A stretch of DNA of 64,000 bases. It comes from Malacoraja senta. Taxonomy: Eukaryota. Location: contig CM075978.1 of assembly GCA_038087875.1 (NCBI GenBank), positions 75,144,001 through 75,208,000 on the forward strand, written 5' to 3'. Both the position numbers and the translations under genes were made by a program. Each line of letters starts with the position of its first letter. Positions within the stretch are counted from its first letter, which is position 1. Positions 40,015 to 52,964 of this stretch are shown here, piece after piece. The notes beneath the pieces were generated by a model. The model was not told the origin of the DNA and did no database searches. It saw only the letters and a program-made list of their open reading frames with translations.

Positions 40015-40061
40015 TTTTCCAGCTTGTGAACAGGCTTTCTAAAGTAGTGTCCTGTCACATT
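40015..40061 (-). other. Candidate 47-nt spliced exon of an unidentified gene
   Basis: tgtttcttatgttgctgtttcttgctacacttAG|aatgtgac...ctggaaaa|GTGAGTA; only frame 0 is open (NVTGHYFRKPVHKLE). It could be UTR. Confidence 0.55.
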
Positions 40062-40424
40062 CTAAGTGTAGCAAGAAACAGCAACATAAGAAACATCAAA
40101 AATCTGTCAAAGACAAAAAGCACTGTTGTAATAGAAAACTAAATGGGAAGAAAAACTCTGCCACATATTAATATACACTGTGAAGGTTAATGTCTCATCT
40201 TGACAATCTCAACCAATTTAAAACCATGAAATTACTGAGAATAAACATGTTTTGACCTGTTTTCCTACATTGATGCCTCATGACACATTTTACTTAAAGA
40301 GAAAAAGATTTTCACAGTGGCTACTTTGGGATTCTCACAGAAATGCTGCATTCTATGAGAACTGGGCCCAAGCTCTCAAATTTAGAAAAGTGTGCAATGA
40401 TCGCAATTTCTTACAGTTTATCAG

Positions 40425-40752
40425 GTTATTTGCCGGGTTGATGTTTCCCTTGGCTGATGAGTATAGAACCAGGGGTCACAATCAGTAAATAAAGGGTCAG
40501 CTATTAAGGACTGAGATGAGAAGATAACTTCACCTAGAGGGTAGTGAATCTTCGGAATTCTCTGCCCAAGAGGGCTGTGGAGACTCAGACATTGAATATA
40601 TTCAAGACAGATCGATGGATTTTTAAATGTTAAAGGAATCATGAGATTAGTACAGGAAAATAGCACGGAGGTAAAATATCTGCCATGATCTTATTGAAAG
40701 GCGGGGTAGGGATAATGGGCCGAATTGTCTAATCCTGCTTATATTTCCTATG
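40425..40752 (+). mobile_element. CR1 3' fragment
   Basis: MFPLADEYRTRGH followed by 3' UTR. Confidence 0.85.
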
Positions 40753-41604
40753 TACTGAAACTGTTTAGTCACTCCTAATCAACAAATGGTATCCTCCAAA
40801 GTCCTATCAAAACTGGAACTGGAATTATTCATATTAGTCGGCTTGAATGAGAAAGAATTGCAGTCAACGAGAACAAAACAAGGACACTAATTTGTCATCA
40901 TTCTTATGATGGTACCATTCTCCATTATCCATTCTTCACATTCACAAACTGTTCTTTTCTCTATTGCAAGCACTGTTGCGGTAGTGACCCACACAGCCAC
41001 ACATCCATGGAAGTTAGGACAAGTGACCTGGGGTATCACCACAATATTCAAAGCCGGTGGAATTTTATCAGAAGCAAAATTGGACCCCAAAGTAACACAT
41101 TAATTTGACAGAAACAGAAAAATCTTAGTTAACGTTTGGAAACATTTGGCCGAAAGAGGAATGGATTTTTCACAGCAACTAACACAAATTAATCCATCAA
41201 TTGCATCTGCATTAGTGCAAATGAGATATATTAATGTGATACACTGGTCCACACATTTTTCTTTCAGATCCCTTGGGATGGCAAGCATTTGTTTTTTCAA
41301 CTTTTACTTTTCAAAACTGAAAATTCAATTCAACCTCTAGGTAAAAGGCTAAATTTTGAACTCCAACTACTGAAATCCAGACTTGTGCTCCCATCCTCCC
41401 TCTATACTCAAAAGTCTAACATTTTCCTTTCAGCTTCAGGTTAAAATTCAACAGGTTCCAAGACAGACATGCAATCTTCCTTAACAGATGTTCAATGGCA
41501 GGACATTCCCTAACTCTGAGAACAAAGAATATGGAATCTGCCTAAATGTTCTTATTGAGTAAAACCCTGAACTAGAGAATGTCAATCAGAGAGGACATAC
41601 GGAG

Positions 41605-43585
41605 GGTTCCAACATTGAGGCAATACGGACTGAGCTCAAAAATAAGAAAAGTGCAATCACTGATGAGATTATACTACAGGCTTCACAACAACCTGTGGGA
41701 GAGATAGAGGAGCAGATATGTTGATAGGTTAAGGAAAGATGTAAAAGCAAGAGGGTTGTCATAGTGATTGATTTTAACTTGCCCACTATTGACTGGACTT
41801 CCTCAGCGAAGAGGCCTGGATAGGGTAAGATTTGTTAGATGCCTCTTAGGCGGCCTCTTGAAACAGTATGAGGATGGTCCAAGTAGACGAGCGGCCATAC
41901 TGGACCTTGTATTGGGAAACAAGCCTGGTAAGGTAACTGCGTAGGGAGGAACTGTAGATGCTGGTTTAAAACGAAGATAGGCACAAAATGCTGGAGTAAC
42001 GCAGCGGGGCAGGTAGCATCTCTGGGGAGAACGAATGGGTGATGTTTCGGTTCGGGACCCTTCTTCAGGCATGTACGGTAACTGTCTTTTCAGTGGGAGA
42101 ACATTTTAGGAACAGTGATCACAACTGCTTAAAAACTTTCAGATAGTTGTGAATAAGAAGCAAATTAGAAAAAGAAAACACATGTAACACACGAAAGTTG
42201 AAACCAGTCAGGTCCTTTAAGGAATATAACAAAAGCAGGAAAGAATTCAAGCAGGAAATTAGGAGGGCCAATATGGGCCATGAAATGTTTTCAGCAAGTA
42301 GGACTAAAGAGAATCCCAAAACATTTTATACAGACATTAAAAAGAAGGTAACTAGGGAGAGGGTAGAACCACTCAGGATAAAGGAGGCAAATTATGCTTG
42401 GAGTCAGAGGATGTACGCAAAGTACTAAACAAGTACTTTGCATCAGTATTCACCACAGAGAAGGACATGGGGGATAGTGACATCTGCGTGGGTTATAGTT
42501 ATATGTCAGGGCATTTTGAGATCAAGAAGGAGGTGGCGTTGGGCTCTAGCAATAAGAGCAGTAAGGTGGATGATTCCCCAAGGCTTGAGTTATCTATCCC
42601 AAGTTAGTGAACTGAGATTGCTGAAGTCTTGACACAGATCTTTGTATCCTCTCTTGCCACAAGCGAAGTCCTAGATGACTGGAGAGTAGCCAATATTGTT
42701 CCTTTGTTTAAGGAGGGAAATAGGGATGATCTAGGAAATTAGGGTTTTATGAGCCTCACATCATTGTTCTGGATGCTATTGGAGAGGATGCTTAGCGATT
42801 GGATTCACTCACGTTTGGAAGTGAATGGGCTAATTAGGGACAGTCAGCATGCTTTGTGTGGGGCAGGTCATGTCTTACAAATTTGATTTTGAGTTTCTTG
42901 AGGAGGTGAAGAAGGCGACTGATGGAAGTAGAGTAGTGGACACTGTCTACATGGCCTGTCGTAAGGCATCTGGAGGTTGATCCAGAAGATTAAGATGCCA
43001 GGGATCCATGGTGACTTTGTGGCATGGATTCAGAACTGGCTTACCCATGGAAGACTGAGGGTTGAAGAGGAAGGGTGTTATTCTGACTAGAGGTCTTGCC
43101 TGTAGTGTTTTACAGGGATCTGTGCTATGATAGAAAAATGACGGACACAAATGTAGATGGGTTGGTTAGTAAATTTGCAGACGACACAAAATTTGGTAGA
43201 GATGTGGACAGTGAAGAAGGCTGTCAAAAGACACATGGGATATAGATCAGATACAGGTACGGTCGGAGAAATGGCAGATAAAGTTTAATAAAGACAAGTG
43301 TGAGGTGTTGCACATTGGAAGGTCAACTGTAAGGGGAGTTTGTAGTTTTTGGCAGGACTCTTAACAGTATTGATGTACAGAGGAATCGTGGGGCTTATGT
43401 CCATGGCAACACAAGTTTAATGGTTTAATGGTTCAATGGTGCTTTACATTGATGGAGTGGTTAGGGAAACCTATGGTGAGCTTGCCTTCAACGTTTGAAG
43501 CCTTGAGTACGAGATTCAGAAAGTCATGGTGGGCCGAAGGGCCCATTCCTAAGGCGTCCTTTTCTATGCACCTCTGTTCTATGTT
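41605..43585 (+). mobile_element. Long degenerate CR1 (end of APE domain through RT) with a nested pLTR (41940-42072)
   Basis: DFNLPTIDW, AILDLVLGN, LNKYFASVFT, DDWRVANIVPLFK, SKFADDTK. Confidence 0.92.
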
Positions 43586-43661
43586 CTTCCTGGTAATTCA
43601 GTAAATAAATACACTATCCCATAGGATACTATGCCATTCAACAAAGAACAGTTCTCAAAAA

Positions 43662-45010
43662 ATGTGCAGGAAGGAACTGCAGATGCTAGCGAGGGAAAGT
43701 ACCCAGGGAGGGGGTGGTTTGGGTGGGAAGGGACGAATTGACCAGGGAGTTACGGAGGGAACGGTCTCTGCGGAAAGCAGAAAGGAGAGGAAATGGCCGT
43801 TGGAGGTGGAAAAAATGTCGGAGGATTGTATGTGGGTAGACAAAAATGCTGGAGAAACTCAGCGGGTGAGGCAGCATCTGTGGAGCGAAGGAAATAGGCA
43901 ACGTTTCGGGTCAAAACCCTTCTTCAGACTCAGATAGGATTATATGTTGTATGCGGCGGCTGATGGAGTGGAAGGTGAGGGCAAGGGGGACTCTGTCCTT
44001 GTTACGAGTTGGGGGATGGGGAGTAAGAGCGTTCCCTCTGTAACTACCTGGTCAATTCGTCCCTTCCCACCCAAACCACCCCCTCCCGGGTACTTTCCCT
44101 TGCAACCGCAGGAAATGCTACACTTGTCGCTTTACCTCCCCCCTCGACTCCATCCAAGGACCCAATCAGTTTTTCCAGGAGAGGCAGAGGTTCACCTGCA
44201 CCTCCTCCAACCTCATCTACTGCATCCGCTGTTCTAGGTGTCAACTTCTCTACATCGGCGAGACCAAGCGCAGGCTCGGCGACCGCTTCGCCCAACACCT
44301 CCGCTCAGTTGGTACTAACCAACCTGATCTCCCGGTTGCCCAGCACTTCAACTCCCCCTCCCATTCCCAATCTGACCTTTCTGTCCTGGGCCTCCTCCAT
44401 TGCCAGAGTGAGGCCCAGCACAAATTGGAGGAACAGTACCTCATATTTCGCTGAGGTAGTTCACATCCCAGCGGTATGAACATTGACTTTTCTAATTTTA
44501 CATAGCCCTTGCTTTCTCCCTCCTTCCCCTCCCCTTCCCCCTTTCCAGCTCTCCCACAAGCCTACTGTCTCCGCCTCTTCCTTTCTTGTTCCCACGTACC
44601 CCCCCCCACTATCAGTCTAAAGAAGGGATTCGACCCGAAACGTCACCTATTCCTTCTCTCCATAGATGCTCTCACCCGCTGAGTTTCTACAGCATTTTTT
44701 GTCTACCGTCGATTTTTCCAGCATCTGCAATTCTTTCTTAAACATCTCAACAGGATTACTTTGAAGCTGGTGCAACTTGGGTGGGGGACGGGATGGAGAG
44801 AGAGAGGATGCAAGAGTTACTTGAAGCTAGAGAAATCAATATTCAAATCACTGGGCTGTAAGCTGCCCAAGCAAAATATGAGTTGCTGTTCCTCCAATTT
44901 GCATTTGGCCTCACTCTGACAATGGAGGAGGCCCAGGACACAAAGGTCAGTGTGGAAATAGGAAGGGGAATTAAATGGTTTGGTAACCGGGAGATCAGGT
45001 AGGTCCAGGC
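43662..45010. mobile_element. Rearranged Penelope-like cluster (minus/plus/minus segments)
   Basis: 43690-43762 is the inverted copy of 44030-44100; pLTRs at 43835-43930 (TSD aggatt(g/a)tatgt) and 44610-44745; second minus GIY-YIG C-terminal piece at 44815-45010. Confidence 0.9.
44089..44500 (+). pseudogene. Penelope GIY-YIG endonuclease domain remnant
   Basis: My translation: GTFPCNRRKCYTC...FTCTSSNLIYCIRCSRCQLLYIGETKRRLGDRFAQHLRSV...LEEQYLIFR*; premature TGA at ~44452. Confidence 0.9.
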
Positions 45011-45284
45011 AAACTCAACAAATGTCAAAATAGTTCACAGTCATCACGGAGACAATATTATTCATTATAATGGATCCAACACCTAGGGACCAATAAAGGC
45101 AGCAGAATAATACGAAGTTTCCACTCCTGCTGCTTATAATGACACAAGAGGCTATTCAGCCCACCAGGTGAGTAGCATCTCGCAAGGGAGCAGTCCCATT
45201 AATCCTTCTCCCCCTCCTTATTTTCCCAGTACCAATGCAACGTATTCACTCTCATACTGTATGTGGCCATCAGTTCCACTTTAA

Positions 45285-45500
45285 CTTTTTGGCCACAAAC
45301 CTACATAAGCAGATAATTTACAGTCGTCAATGAATTTACCAGTGGCTTTGGGAATGTGGAGGAAACCGGAGCACCCAGAGGGATCGATGTGGTCACAGAG
45401 AAAATCTGCAAACGTCCTGCAGACAACACCAAGATCAGGAAGAGACCCACATCGATCCCTGAAACTGTGAGGAGGCAGAGCTAACTGTTTTGTCACCATA
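45285..45500 (-). mobile_element. Old V-SINE copy (another at ~60575-60770)
   Basis: tgtggaggaaaccggagcacccagagg, the V-domain in reverse. Confidence 0.7.
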
Positions 45501-45708
45501 CAGCTCCTGCTCAACAATGTATACTTGCCTGAACTGTTGAATTCCATTTGCAATTACTCAGCAAATGAAGCTGTTTACATACGCACGCAGCAAGGCTTAG
45601 ATAACTTCCAAATACAGCCTAATAGACCATCAAACATAGGCTAATAGACAAGAAGACCATCTCCATCAAGACAGTCTAACCACCTAAATGTGGTATTCAG
45701 TAATATTA

Positions 45709-46077
45709 AGCCCCTGTCCCACTGTTCGAGGTAATTCATGAGTTCTCCCGAGTTTTCCCCTGATTCGAACTCGGATAATGTCCGTAACGGGTCCGTAGGA
45801 GTTCGTGGATGTCTTGTACCAGCTCATAATGGTCAACTACGAGTAAAAAGTAACAATTTTTTTCATCACAAGTATTTTTTTACTCGTGGACATTTATTAC
45901 AGGGATGAAAAAAACGTCACGAGTTTACCGGATGTCCCGAGTACCTACCGTTAGCATTACGAGCCGCTATGTGACATCCACGAACCCCTACGGACCCGCT
46001 ACGGATATTCTCCGAGTTCGAATCAGGGAAAAACTCGGGAGAACTCGTGAATTACCTCGTACAGTGGGACAGGGGCT
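45709..46077. mobile_element. PIF/Harbinger-type MITE (369 bp) inserted in a CR1-like relic (45580-46700)
   Basis: ~65-bp TIR beginning agcccctgtcccactg; TTA TSD (45706-45708, 46078-46080). Confidence 0.93.
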
Positions 46078-46920
46078 TTACCATTATCACGTTCCAGGAC
46101 ATCAATATCCTTAGGGATGTCATTGACCATAAACTCAACTGAACCAGCCACATAAATATAGCTACAAGAGCAGATCAGAGGCTGGGTAGTCTGCAACAAA
46201 TAACTCACCTCCCCACATCTCAAAGACTTTCCACCATCTACAAGGCATAAATCAGAGTTGCCTGGATGACTGCAACTCCAAAAACACTCAAAAAGCTGAG
46301 CACCATCATGGACAAAGTACGATTGGCATCCCATTCAACACCATAGGCCTTCATTCCCTCCAGCACCAACCCACGATGGCTTCAGCGTGCACCATCTATA
46401 AAACCCACTGCTGTTGCTCACATAAACGATTCCACCAGCACCTCACAAGACCGTGACCCTGAACATAAAACTAGGGCTGCAGACAATGTCACAACGTACA
46501 GATTCCTCTCCAAGGCAACACATGATCTTGCTTTGGAAATAAATTGCTATTGCCTCATCAATGGACCGGAATCTACAATTCCTTATTCTACAGCATTTTA
46601 GAATATCTGAAGGACTGCAGGAAGTCAAGAAGGTGCCTTACCTCCAATTTCTCATGCAATGTTAAGGATGATTTAGAATTGTTAATTTTGCCAGGGTCAT
46701 TCAGATACCAAAATATTACTGAATAAAAAGCTGAACTGGGTTTCACTGTTATACCCCACAAAGATCACTCAGCCTTCCAATGCGCATCGTCTAGGCCTGT
46801 ATATGAAGCAAGGCCAAGGGTGTGGAACACAAGAGTTTCAGCATGTGTCTGTCATCAGGGGAGAAAACTGAGAAGAGAGAAAGTCTTTACAATCAAGCTT
46901 AATTAACCACAAGTTCTCAC

Positions 46921-47301
46921 CTTTCCCTTCAGAACAGCCTCATAGCATTTTTGCATTGAAAGAAAACTCGCAGCAAACTTAAAACAATGTTTAGATCTGA
47001 ACTTAAGTGAAGCAGGTGCCTCTGGAAATATTGTTCCTGGTAACAGAGGCAAATATTTCAGGAGGTTTGGATTAAAACTCTCCCATGGTACAGAGCACAC
47101 TGGTGACATTGTAGCTCCAGCCAGACAACGAGGTTTTCTGGTTAATCTGCTGCCAGAAAACATTTTACAGCAGCTCTTCAGTACAGCTGCCTGCTCTGCA
47201 TCATGACATACAACAGAGCACACATCATTTACGGCTTCTTCACTATAACAGAAGACAGATAAATACCCCTCACTGCAGTATGTTTTGGGTCGAATTCCCA
47301 C
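46921..47301 (-). other. Candidate exon: open frame ending in phase 0 at a strong donor
   Basis: 127 open codons to ...AVLKGK, then AAG|GTGAGA; no recognisable domain. Confidence 0.3.
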
Positions 47302-47690
47302 TGTTGCCCTATATGGCCACTGGGCATTATGTGCACCGACTTCATATAAGGTGACACATTAAGCAACACACAGGTCTGAATAAGAAGAGGCTATTCACTC
47401 CAATCAAATACCCACTGAGAATGTCACAGGTCATTCTCATCTATCCCAGGTTTGGCACTGCACCAGCACCAGCACCACTTATGCCAGTTGAATTAGCAAT
47501 TAGCGTTCAGTCTGCTAAGGCACACTTCGTAAATCACCATGTATCAGATGCCCTCAACTTTTCAGCTTGGTTTAAATGATATATTCCCCTCCTCCCCCTC
47601 ACCCCACCATCTGATGAGAACTGGCCATCTTGCCAGAATCTAATGCCTTGGCCTTCACAAGGTCATGGTCAACCTCCTTGAACCGCTCCA

Positions 47691-48124
47691 GGCCCATGCT
47701 TAGTCACGTGTGTGACCAAAAATATGAAAAATGTTGGAATACATCTCTTCCAATTCTGAAAGCATTACAGGTATACTGTCTTGTGCTGTATATGTGATTC
47801 ATATTTTTTTTCGAAGTTTATCGTGAAATTTTTATGTTATGCTGACAATGTTTGTTTAGGGTCAGAGGACAAATATGACTGGCCATGTGCGTGACCTCAC
47901 ACGGAAGCGTTCTTTTCATAAAACTCAGTTTTATCTTGCAAACTCTGTGAAGTTTAAAAAGCTAGAACGTTCATATCTTTAGCAGACGTGCATTATAGTT
48001 CTGTAGGTAGGAAAATAGCAATGAATAAGATTAATCTCTTACAATAATTTTTTTATGTATTACTTTATGTGATGCCATCTGGTCACGTGTGTGACATTTT
48101 GGTTCACTTTCCAGAGAATGGCCC
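47691..48124. mobile_element. Probable DNA-transposon terminal fragment
   Basis: AT-rich block with gtcacgtgtgtgac near both ends, ending gagaatggccc; interrupts a CR1-like relic. Confidence 0.4.
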
Positions 48125-49689
48125 GCCAGCATGTGTGGTGAAGTGACTCGCATAGACAAGTAGTTCCAGGGTGGAACATTGAGGAATGGTGATAGATTTC
48201 CAAAGTTAGTGTGTTACCAGATTTGGAGGAGAAATTCCAAATTTGACATTGTACAATCTTGGAAATATATCGCTGTTCCTGACAGCAGTGTCACAACGTG
48301 CCTTTTGCCCTCATTTTAGTAAGTGCGGAGGTTGTAGGTTTAGGAAGAGAGTTGCAGAGAATTTTGTGAGTTTAGATTACAGCCATGGGTGAAGGGAATG
48401 TGGAATATTGGATGGGATGTCGATCAATTGTGCTATTTTATCCAGAGTCACTGGCAGAAAGCGTTCTGGACCACCGATTAAGTAAAGGTACTTCAAATCC
48501 CACCGCAAACTTGAAAATTTTAATTCAAATAATTAAACAAACCTGGAAATTTAAAATTGCTAGTCTCTTAGCACTAACTCCAAAATTAGATTATCATAAA
48601 AATCTATCTGTTTTATTAAAATTCTTCAGGAAAAAAAAATCTGCATCCTTATCCAGTCTGGTCAAATTATGAGTCCTTCCCTCCAATGTAATTGACTCTT
48701 AATAAACTGCTAGGTTCAAGGCATTTACGGATGAACAATAAATGTTAGTGTCCCACAAATAAATCACAGATGATCAAAAAATTGTTGTAGGAACTCAGCA
48801 GGCCCGGCAGCATCTGTGAAGGACAATAGGCAGGCGATGTTTCACGTTGGGACACTTCTTCAAATATTTTCCTCTTGCTGGCAGACAAGAAGTTGAGAGG
48901 AAAGCTTCATGCACTATCAGACTCTTAATAAGTAATAATTTAAAGAAAAAAATGTATAATCTCTTAACCCAAGCACAACATAACCAATAATGGGCATCAA
49001 ATAGTTTGATACACATACCAACTAAATTCATGTTTTTAACCAACAGACAGGTTCAGCTTCAACTGGCTATTGCACTAAAAAGAAGCTGGGCGCATCAGAC
49101 TCAAATGAACCAAATAAATCTTTCAATCATAAAATAGCCAAATCCAGAATCATGAAAATGTTTTGTGTTCATCCAAAGGGCCACCAGTACTAGCCCTCCC
49201 CAGGTTCGAACCCCCGATTTACAGACACCCAACATATACAAAAGAGTATTTGGGAGACGGAAGAGTTGGGTGGGATGCTGGCTGCTGCAGGGCTGCAGGC
49301 ATCTTCTGCCAGGAGGAAATGGAACACTTCCATCTACCTTCTCGCCCCATTCCCTAACCCCACTGCCGAGACACAACAATGTGGGGCTAGATTGAGCTGA
49401 GCTGAGCTAGTAGCACTGAGCTGACTCACTCATTTACTCACCGAGTCAGGGTGGCAGCTTCTCTCCCTGCACCTACTTGCTCTCCCACACACTGTTCTTG
49501 TTCATTTCCATTTTACGCACATTTCAGGTTACAAACAATTCTCAGGAACGAAACCCTGTTGTAACATGGGCACTTCCTCTGCCAATATTTACCTCCCTAA
49601 TGGATTTCACTGTCTCTGGAAATGGGGGTTGTTGCAGATTTTTTTTAAACTGGTCCACTGTTGTTCATCCGCAATAAACAAATCATTAT

Positions 49690-49819
49690 GTGTAGGAAGG
49701 AACTGCAGATGCTGGTTTATACCAAAGATAGACACAAAGTGCTGGTGTTACTCAGCGGGTCAGGCAGCATCTCTGAAGAAAAAGGATGGGTGACATATCA
49801 GGTCGGAACCCTTCTTCAG
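49690..49819 (-). mobile_element. Penelope pLTR insert with 13-bp TSD
   Basis: TSD aacaaat(c/t)attat at 49677-49689 and 49820-49832. Confidence 0.88.
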
Positions 49820-50394
49820 AACAAATTATTATCATTGGATTATTCAACAAATTATTGAAATGATTCCTTCATGCCAATTTCAGAGTTTCATTCTGTCCAT
49901 ATTACAATCCAATGCAAAGAAGCAAATATCTATTTTTTATAGGGGACAGAATTATAGTTAATCTTCATATTTTGATTCCTTTCCAGAGAAATTATTTCAT
50001 TTAATATTACTATGATAACGACGTTGTATTTCTTCTGCTTCTTGAAATACAACATTTTCTTTTCACTGTCGCCAGCCTAGTTTAAATAATGTGTTTCCCC
50101 AAAATATATCAGAACAAAACTGTCCCTTGGTCTTCTTAAACGGGGTGATATAATGGGTACACAGGCTACACATTTTCAATTTCTCCATATTTTCAATCTG
50201 CTAAGGTTTGCACATGTTTTCAAGCTCCACGACTCCTCCCACCTGTCAGCTAAATGCACATAAAAATGGACATAATGGCCATTTGATCATTCAAAAGTCA
50301 ATACGTTATTCTGAAAATGACCAAATGAAAGATGCAGCGCTGCCTCAATGGATAAATGCACCACCAACCTAATTTCTTGTACTTATGTATATAA

Positions 50395-50705
50395 GGGCGG
50401 CACGGTGGCGCAGCGGTAGAGTTGCTGCCTTACAGCGAATGCAACGCCGGAGACCCGGGTTCGATCCTGACTACGGGTGCTGTCTGTACGGAGTTTGTAC
50501 GTTCTCCCCGAGACCTGCGTGGGTTTTCTCCAAGATCTTCGGTTTCCTTCCACACTCCAAAGACGTACAGGTTTGTAGGTTAGTTGGCTTGGAAAATGTA
50601 AAAATTGTCCCTGGTGGGTATAGGATAGTGTTAATGTGCGGGGAGCGCTGGTCGGTGCGGACCCGGAGGGCCGAAGGGCCTGTTTCCGCGCTGTATCTCT
50701 AAACT
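50395..50705 (+). mobile_element. HE1-like V-SINE
   Basis: A and B boxes, V-domain, CR1-type tail. Confidence 0.93.
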
Positions 50706-50728
50706 ATATGACAATAAACCCAACTTAA

Positions 50729-51254
50729 AGGCTCTGTCTCACGGTGTTGCGGTCATTGGCGGTGAAGCGCGGCGTCGCCGGAAGAGGGGACCGCACGGCA
50801 ACCACGAGAGCGCCGCACGGATGCTGCGCGGGGGCCGAGTGATCTCCGTACGGCCGGTTCCACGAGCTTGCGGCATCGGGTGATGACGTCATCGCGCAAC
50901 GCAACGAGCTACGCAATGTCTTTCGGATCGAGGGGCTGTGGCGGCGGCCATGCCGCACACGTACCTCACTGGCGGCAGCTGTGGCGGTGAAAGTTCGACT
51001 CACGGCGCTCGTGCCGCACTGGCGGCGGCTGTGGCAGTGACCGTGCCGCACTCGTGCCTCACTGGCGGCGGCTGTGCGGTAAGAAATTATTTTTAGACAT
51101 TGTTGACTTTTTGTGAGCGCCGTGCGGTGTTGGGACCAACGCCGCATGGCCTCGGCAGTGTGCGTTTGACCGAACCCGCGGTCTCTGGCGGTCCACGAGC
51201 GGTAGATACTTCCTGTATCACCGCCAATGACCGCAGACTCGCGAGACAGGCCTT
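50729..51254. mobile_element. GC/CpG-rich PIF/Harbinger-type MITE (526 bp)
   Basis: Imperfect TIR aggctctgtctcacg..tgcggtcattggcggtga / tcaccgccaatgaccgca..cgagacaggcctt; TAA TSD. Confidence 0.85.
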
Positions 51255-52014
51255 TAACTCTAAGCCATTAACATCACAAACCCTGGTAGCAATCAAGCCA
51301 ACAGTGATGAAATGGAATCAATGTTTCTGAGTTGCAGTTCTCCCTGTGGACTAATGGTCAGCTGACACATACTACCTCAAACCCTGCACTCACAGCAACG
51401 TTGGGTCAAAGGGATACAGACAGGACAGATAGCTCCTTTACCATAATCGGCAGCTTAATGTGAAAAACAATGGAAACAGTTATACACATCTTAACCAAGG
51501 CCTCGACACAATGAGATGAGGAACTCGCCAAAGTCTGAGACTTCCAAACCCACAAACCCATGGTATCATTTGCCAGAATTCCTATGTATTGAATCACAGC
51601 TGAAGGGTAAATGTACATCTCTTAATAACAATCATAGCTGATGTAGAATGGTCTGGATTTAAAACTAGATTCTAAATAAATTGGTTAAATAGTTTAATCA
51701 ATTACAAATTAAATAAGGGATCTGTCATCGTGCCAGCATGTATTGGCACAGTACAAGGCTGTGCACACACTGGACCCAGTCATTCAGATCCTGTTCCAGA
51801 GGAAACAGCTGATGTAAAGCTAACAAAATAAATATTGAAGTGGATTTCAGCCCTTTAGCTGGTCAATTAACATACACCCAGGCCAAAAATTGCCATCATG
51901 TAACCAGGGATAGTTTAGATTCTGGGATTAATAAAGAGGAAGTAACTTTTTAAATAATGATTGAGATGCACAACATGTTAAATTTTACTAATATATGTTT
52001 CATCCTTGCAACGT

Positions 52015-52319
52015 GGGCGGCACGGTGGCGCAGCGGCAGAGTTGCTGCCGAACAGGGCCAGAGACCCGGGTTTGATCCCGACTACGGGTCCTGTCTATGC
52101 GGAGTTTGTACGTTCTCTCCGTGACTGAGTGGGTTTTCTCCGAGATCTTCGGTTTCCCCCCACACTCTAGAGATGTACAGGTTTGTAGGATAATTGGCTT
52201 GGTATAAATGTAAATGATCCCTAGTGTGTCTAGGATAGTGTTAGAGTGCGGGGATCGCTGGTCGGTGCGGACTCGTTGGGCTGAAGGGCCTGTTCCCGCG
52301 CTGTATCTCTAAACTAAAC
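52015..52319 (+). mobile_element. HE1-like V-SINE
   Basis: Full-length copy lacking the 9-nt head insertion. Confidence 0.93.
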
Positions 52320-52599
52320 GAAAATGTTCCATCACTAGAGTTGCAATTTCACGGAAACTCCACAGTCTACTCTGTGTTTTCTAACTACTCTTTAAAAATA
52401 TGTCTTGATGGACAATGGGTATAGCATTAATCTCAAGAAAAAACGCTCTCTCTCTGTGCCAGCATTAATGTCAGTAATATCAGTAATAGCTCATGGTCCA
52501 ATACCTTTGTTAAAGGTAAGGTTTCTAATTTTAACAGAGTTACAGAATTCTTGTGGACCGGATGAGTCCTATAACCAGAAGATTTTGTTCCAAGGAACC

Positions 52600-52960
52600 A
52601 CATTTCTCCTTACTCTACCCGTCTGCCAACCACCACTGCCCCCCATCAAGTGTATTTATTTACCTGTCATGGACACAAAATGCTGGAGTAACTCAGCGGG
52701 ACAGGCAGGATCTCTGGAGAGAAGGAATGGGTGACGTTTCGGTTCAAGACCCTTCTTCAGACTATCATTTGCCAGGTTTTGTTCCACCGCCACCTCTCTT
52801 TTTCACCTTTCTCCCCCATACTCTAAACGGTCTGAAGAAGGCTCCCGACCCGAAACGTCATTTGTCCATTCCCTCCGCAGTCACTGCCTGACCCGCTGAG
52901 TTCTTCCAGCACCTTGTCTTTTGCTCACAGTTCCAGCAACTGCAGTTTCTCGTGCCTCCA
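52600..52960. mobile_element. Penelope pLTRs in inverted arrangement
   Basis: Minus pLTR at 52672-52763 within an older plus pLTR carrying tctgaagaaggctcccgacccgaaacgtc (~52831-52859). Confidence 0.8.
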
Positions 52961-52964
52961 TCTG

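Noticed and set aside
50725-51330. GC-rich ORFs / CpG-island promoter
   Set aside because: Essentially confined to a TIR- and TSD-bounded MITE.
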